DNA from: a virus
DNA length: 64,000 bases
IMG/VR virus record: IMGVR_UViG_3300035698_014170
Span: 1-64,000 of that record
Reading direction: 5' to 3' (one strand)
Shown in pieces: positions 61,682 to 64,000 of this stretch (position 1 is its first letter; each line of letters begins with the position of its first letter). Below the pieces are notes generated by a model that ran no database searches, was not told the DNA's origin, and was given only the letters and a program-made list of their open reading frames with translations. The position numbers and the translations under genes are program-made.

Positions 61682-62789
61682 AAAGTTAATAATCGTCTCC
61701 GGAATAACTGGTTCTGGTAAAACAACTTATACTAATAGTTTAGAATATCTTCATATTCATTTTGATGAAATTTTTAGTTATCAAACAAATGTTTTAAACT
61801 ATGAGGCTATTAAAAATTTAATTATAAGAAATTCAGATTCTGATACTTTTGTATTAGATGCCTACATGTTTCATCTTGATTTGGATCTTGTAAAACTTAA
61901 AGAAGTGTTAGAAGGCTTGATAGATGTTTATGAAATTCATTTTCTTTATACGAACTTAAAAGATTTGTATGCCGCACAAGTGTACAAAAATGTTTTAACA
62001 AAAACTTATGAAGCGCCTGAAACATTTGAAAAACAAGCTCAAAAGAATACAAGAGGATCATATAGATTAGCAAGATATATTATGTCTGCATACGAAAGAA
62101 AAGTTGTAGAAGATTTGAAGTTTATATATAGATATAGATCTGGTTATAGTTATCAAAACAAAGCACATTTTTTAAGGACATTAGGCACGGATAGACAAGA
62201 ATTATTAGATTTTATTAAATTAACTGTAGCAGATTGGAAGTATCAAACAATAGAACTTCATGGAAAGACAGAGGTTCCTGGATATTCCGAATCATCAATT
62301 TCTTGGGATAATATACTTAAAACAGGAGTACAATTCTCAGGTAAATCTGTTTGTGAAATAGGATGTTTTTTCGGCTACTTTTGTTGTAAGGCTGAAAAAG
62401 CTGAGGCTTCAAAAGTAGTAGGATATGATCAATCTTGCACAGTATTGGATGTAGCTAGAAAAATAACAGCTTACAATGATTTGGATAGCATATTTGAAGT
62501 AAGAACTATTGACGGAGATTTTGCTTTCCCAGAAAAATTTGATATTATTTTGACATTGAATATGCTTCATCATATTCGAAAATTATGTGATGAAACAACT
62601 TTTACAAAAATCGTAAGGGAAATCTTTTTAAATTGCAAAGAGGCAGTGTTTGAAATAAACGAAAACGAGATAGATATAATTACTGGAGAAGGAAAAAAAG
62701 AAGGTTTTGCATTAAAAAATTCTGTTGTCTCGCATAGAAAAACACAATACGGTAATAGATCTATTCTTTATTTTTTAAAGGAAAAATAA
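61674..62789 (+). CDS. P-loop kinase fused to SAM methyltransferase
   Basis: GITGSGKTT at N-terminus; YQTI, VCEIGCFFGYF, FDIILTLNMLHH. Confidence 0.75.
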   Translation: MSKKLIIVSGITGSGKTTYTNSLEYLHIHFDEIFSYQTNVLNYEAIKNLIIRNSDSDTFVLDAYMFHLDLDLVKLKEVLEGLIDVYEIHFLYTNLKDLYAAQVYKNVLTKTYEAPETFEKQAQKNTRGSYRLARYIMSAYERKVVEDLKFIYRYRSGYSYQNKAHFLRTLGTDRQELLDFIKLTVADWKYQTIELHGKTEVPGYSESSISWDNILKTGVQFSGKSVCEIGCFFGYFCCKAEKAEASKVVGYDQSCTVLDVARKITAYNDLDSIFEVRTIDGDFAFPEKFDIILTLNMLHHIRKLCDETTFTKIVREIFLNCKEAVFEINENEIDIITGEGKKEGFALKNSVVSHRKTQYGNRSILYFLKEK

Positions 62790-62790
62790 A

Positions 62791-63870
62791 ATGAAGAGTG
62801 TAGTTACTATAACAGGCATCCGACCAGATTTTATTAGAATGTCCGAAATTTTTAAAAAATTGGATGAGAATTTCAATCATATTCTTATTCATACGGGACA
62901 ACATTATGATAAAATGTTATCAGATGTGTTTTTTGAAGAATTAGAAATCCGCTCTCCAGATTATAACTTAGGAGTCGGAGGTTCTGGTAAAGAGCATTTT
63001 CATCAAACAGCAGAAATTCCTGTAAAAATTATTGAATTGTTTCAAAAAGAAAAAATCAATCCAGATATTATTTTATTTCTTGGTGATTCTAATTCTGTAC
63101 TGTGTGCTCCAGTTTTAAAGAAACAAGGATACAAAATAGGTCACATAGAAGCTGGAATGCGATCATATGATAAAAGAATGTTCGAGGAAATAAATAGGGT
63201 GGTTTGTGATCATTGTAGTGATTTATTGTTTGTTTACCATGAAGATTACAAGAAACAAGCCCTTGAAGAAGGGGTTAACGAGGAAAACATATTTGTTGTA
63301 GGTAATACAATTGTAGAGGTTTGCACCCCTTATTTGAAAGAGTTCGATTATTCTAGTAAAAGTAGGGATCTTATTTTATTAGATATTCATAGGCCTGAAA
63401 ATTTTAAGTATCCTACTAGACTTCAAAATATATTTGATATGGCAAATACTTTAATGAATACTTATAATAAACCAGTTAAATGTTTATCATTCGGAAGAAC
63501 CGTACAAGCCATAAAAGATTTACGGATAAAAACAGGCGAAGTTGAATTTATAAATTTATTATCTTATAAGAACTTTTTACATTTACAAAACGACGCTTTA
63601 TTTACTATTTCAGATTCGGGAACTGCTCAAGAAGAAGCTGCAATATTTCAAACACCTGTTCTTGTACCAAGGGATTTTACAGAAAGACCTCAATCAATTC
63701 AAAATAATTGTTCTTTTATGGTAGATGTTAATAATTCTCCAGAAATGGGACCTGTATTACGCTGGTTGGATACTGTATTAAAGGCTCTTTTTATAATAAA
63801 TTCGAGCTGGTTAGGAGAAGGAAATACTTCTGATAAAATAATTAAAATTTTAAAAAGGTATATGAAATGA
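62791..63870 (+). CDS. wecB: UDP-N-acetylglucosamine 2-epimerase family (non-hydrolysing)
   Basis: GIRPDFIRM, HTGQHYD, GDSNS, HIEAGMRS, EEINR, HRPEN, SDSGTAQEE, TERP. Confidence 0.9.
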   Translation: MKSVVTITGIRPDFIRMSEIFKKLDENFNHILIHTGQHYDKMLSDVFFEELEIRSPDYNLGVGGSGKEHFHQTAEIPVKIIELFQKEKINPDIILFLGDSNSVLCAPVLKKQGYKIGHIEAGMRSYDKRMFEEINRVVCDHCSDLLFVYHEDYKKQALEEGVNEENIFVVGNTIVEVCTPYLKEFDYSSKSRDLILLDIHRPENFKYPTRLQNIFDMANTLMNTYNKPVKCLSFGRTVQAIKDLRIKTGEVEFINLLSYKNFLHLQNDALFTISDSGTAQEEAAIFQTPVLVPRDFTERPQSIQNNCSFMVDVNNSPEMGPVLRWLDTVLKALFIINSSWLGEGNTSDKIIKILKRYMK

Positions 63871-64000
63871 AAGTAGCTGCTTTTCTACAACTGTATAACG
63901 AATTAGAAAAAGGTAATCTTGTTCGATGTTTAAACAATTGTTCAAAATGGGCAGATGATATTTACATTTACGACGATTGTTCTACTGATGGTTCTCAAGA
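63867..64000 (+). CDS. GT2 family glycosyltransferase (partial, runs off window)
   Basis: MKVAAFLQLYNE..NLVRCL..ADDIYIYDDCSTDGS. Confidence 0.8.
   Translation, partial: MKVAAFLQLYNELEKGNLVRCLNNCSKWADDIYIYDDCSTDGSQ

Noticed and set aside
55270-64000. Host chromosomal polysaccharide locus (prophage boundary)
   Set aside because: Same strand, composition and gene packing as phage genes, contains a copy of the phage dispersed element, and lacks transporter or polymerase genes in view

Overview
A 64-kb segment of a large, AT-rich T4-like myophage genome in which essentially all real genes lie on the + strand (standard genetic code; the - strand ORFs are shadows). It carries the head module (portal, acidic core proteins, prohead protease fused to a scaffold-like coiled coil, gp23-type major capsid), neck genes, a complete contractile tail and baseplate module, receptor-binding proteins, seven tRNAs, islands of small accessory genes with their own promoters, a free-standing homing endonuclease and a terminal glycosyltransferase/methyltransferase/epimerase cluster. 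Main observations: (1) multi-domain polyproteins whose unrelated enzyme modules are joined by Glu-ending linkers (NESIIKE, DESKVNE) encoded by exact 21-nt repeats, inferred to be prohead-protease-processed capsid cargo, together with many single enzymes carrying similar N-terminal leaders; (2) a gapless, co-oriented element of about 62 bp found six times at 6-16 kb spacing, both between genes and in frame inside genes; (3) a non-canonical tRNA-like RNA upstream of the protease; (4) a candidate CCC-UUU-CGA +1 frameshift in the tail assembly chaperone. Several genes are broken at short homopolymers, most likely sequencing errors. All product calls come from motif recognition and synteny, not database searches.
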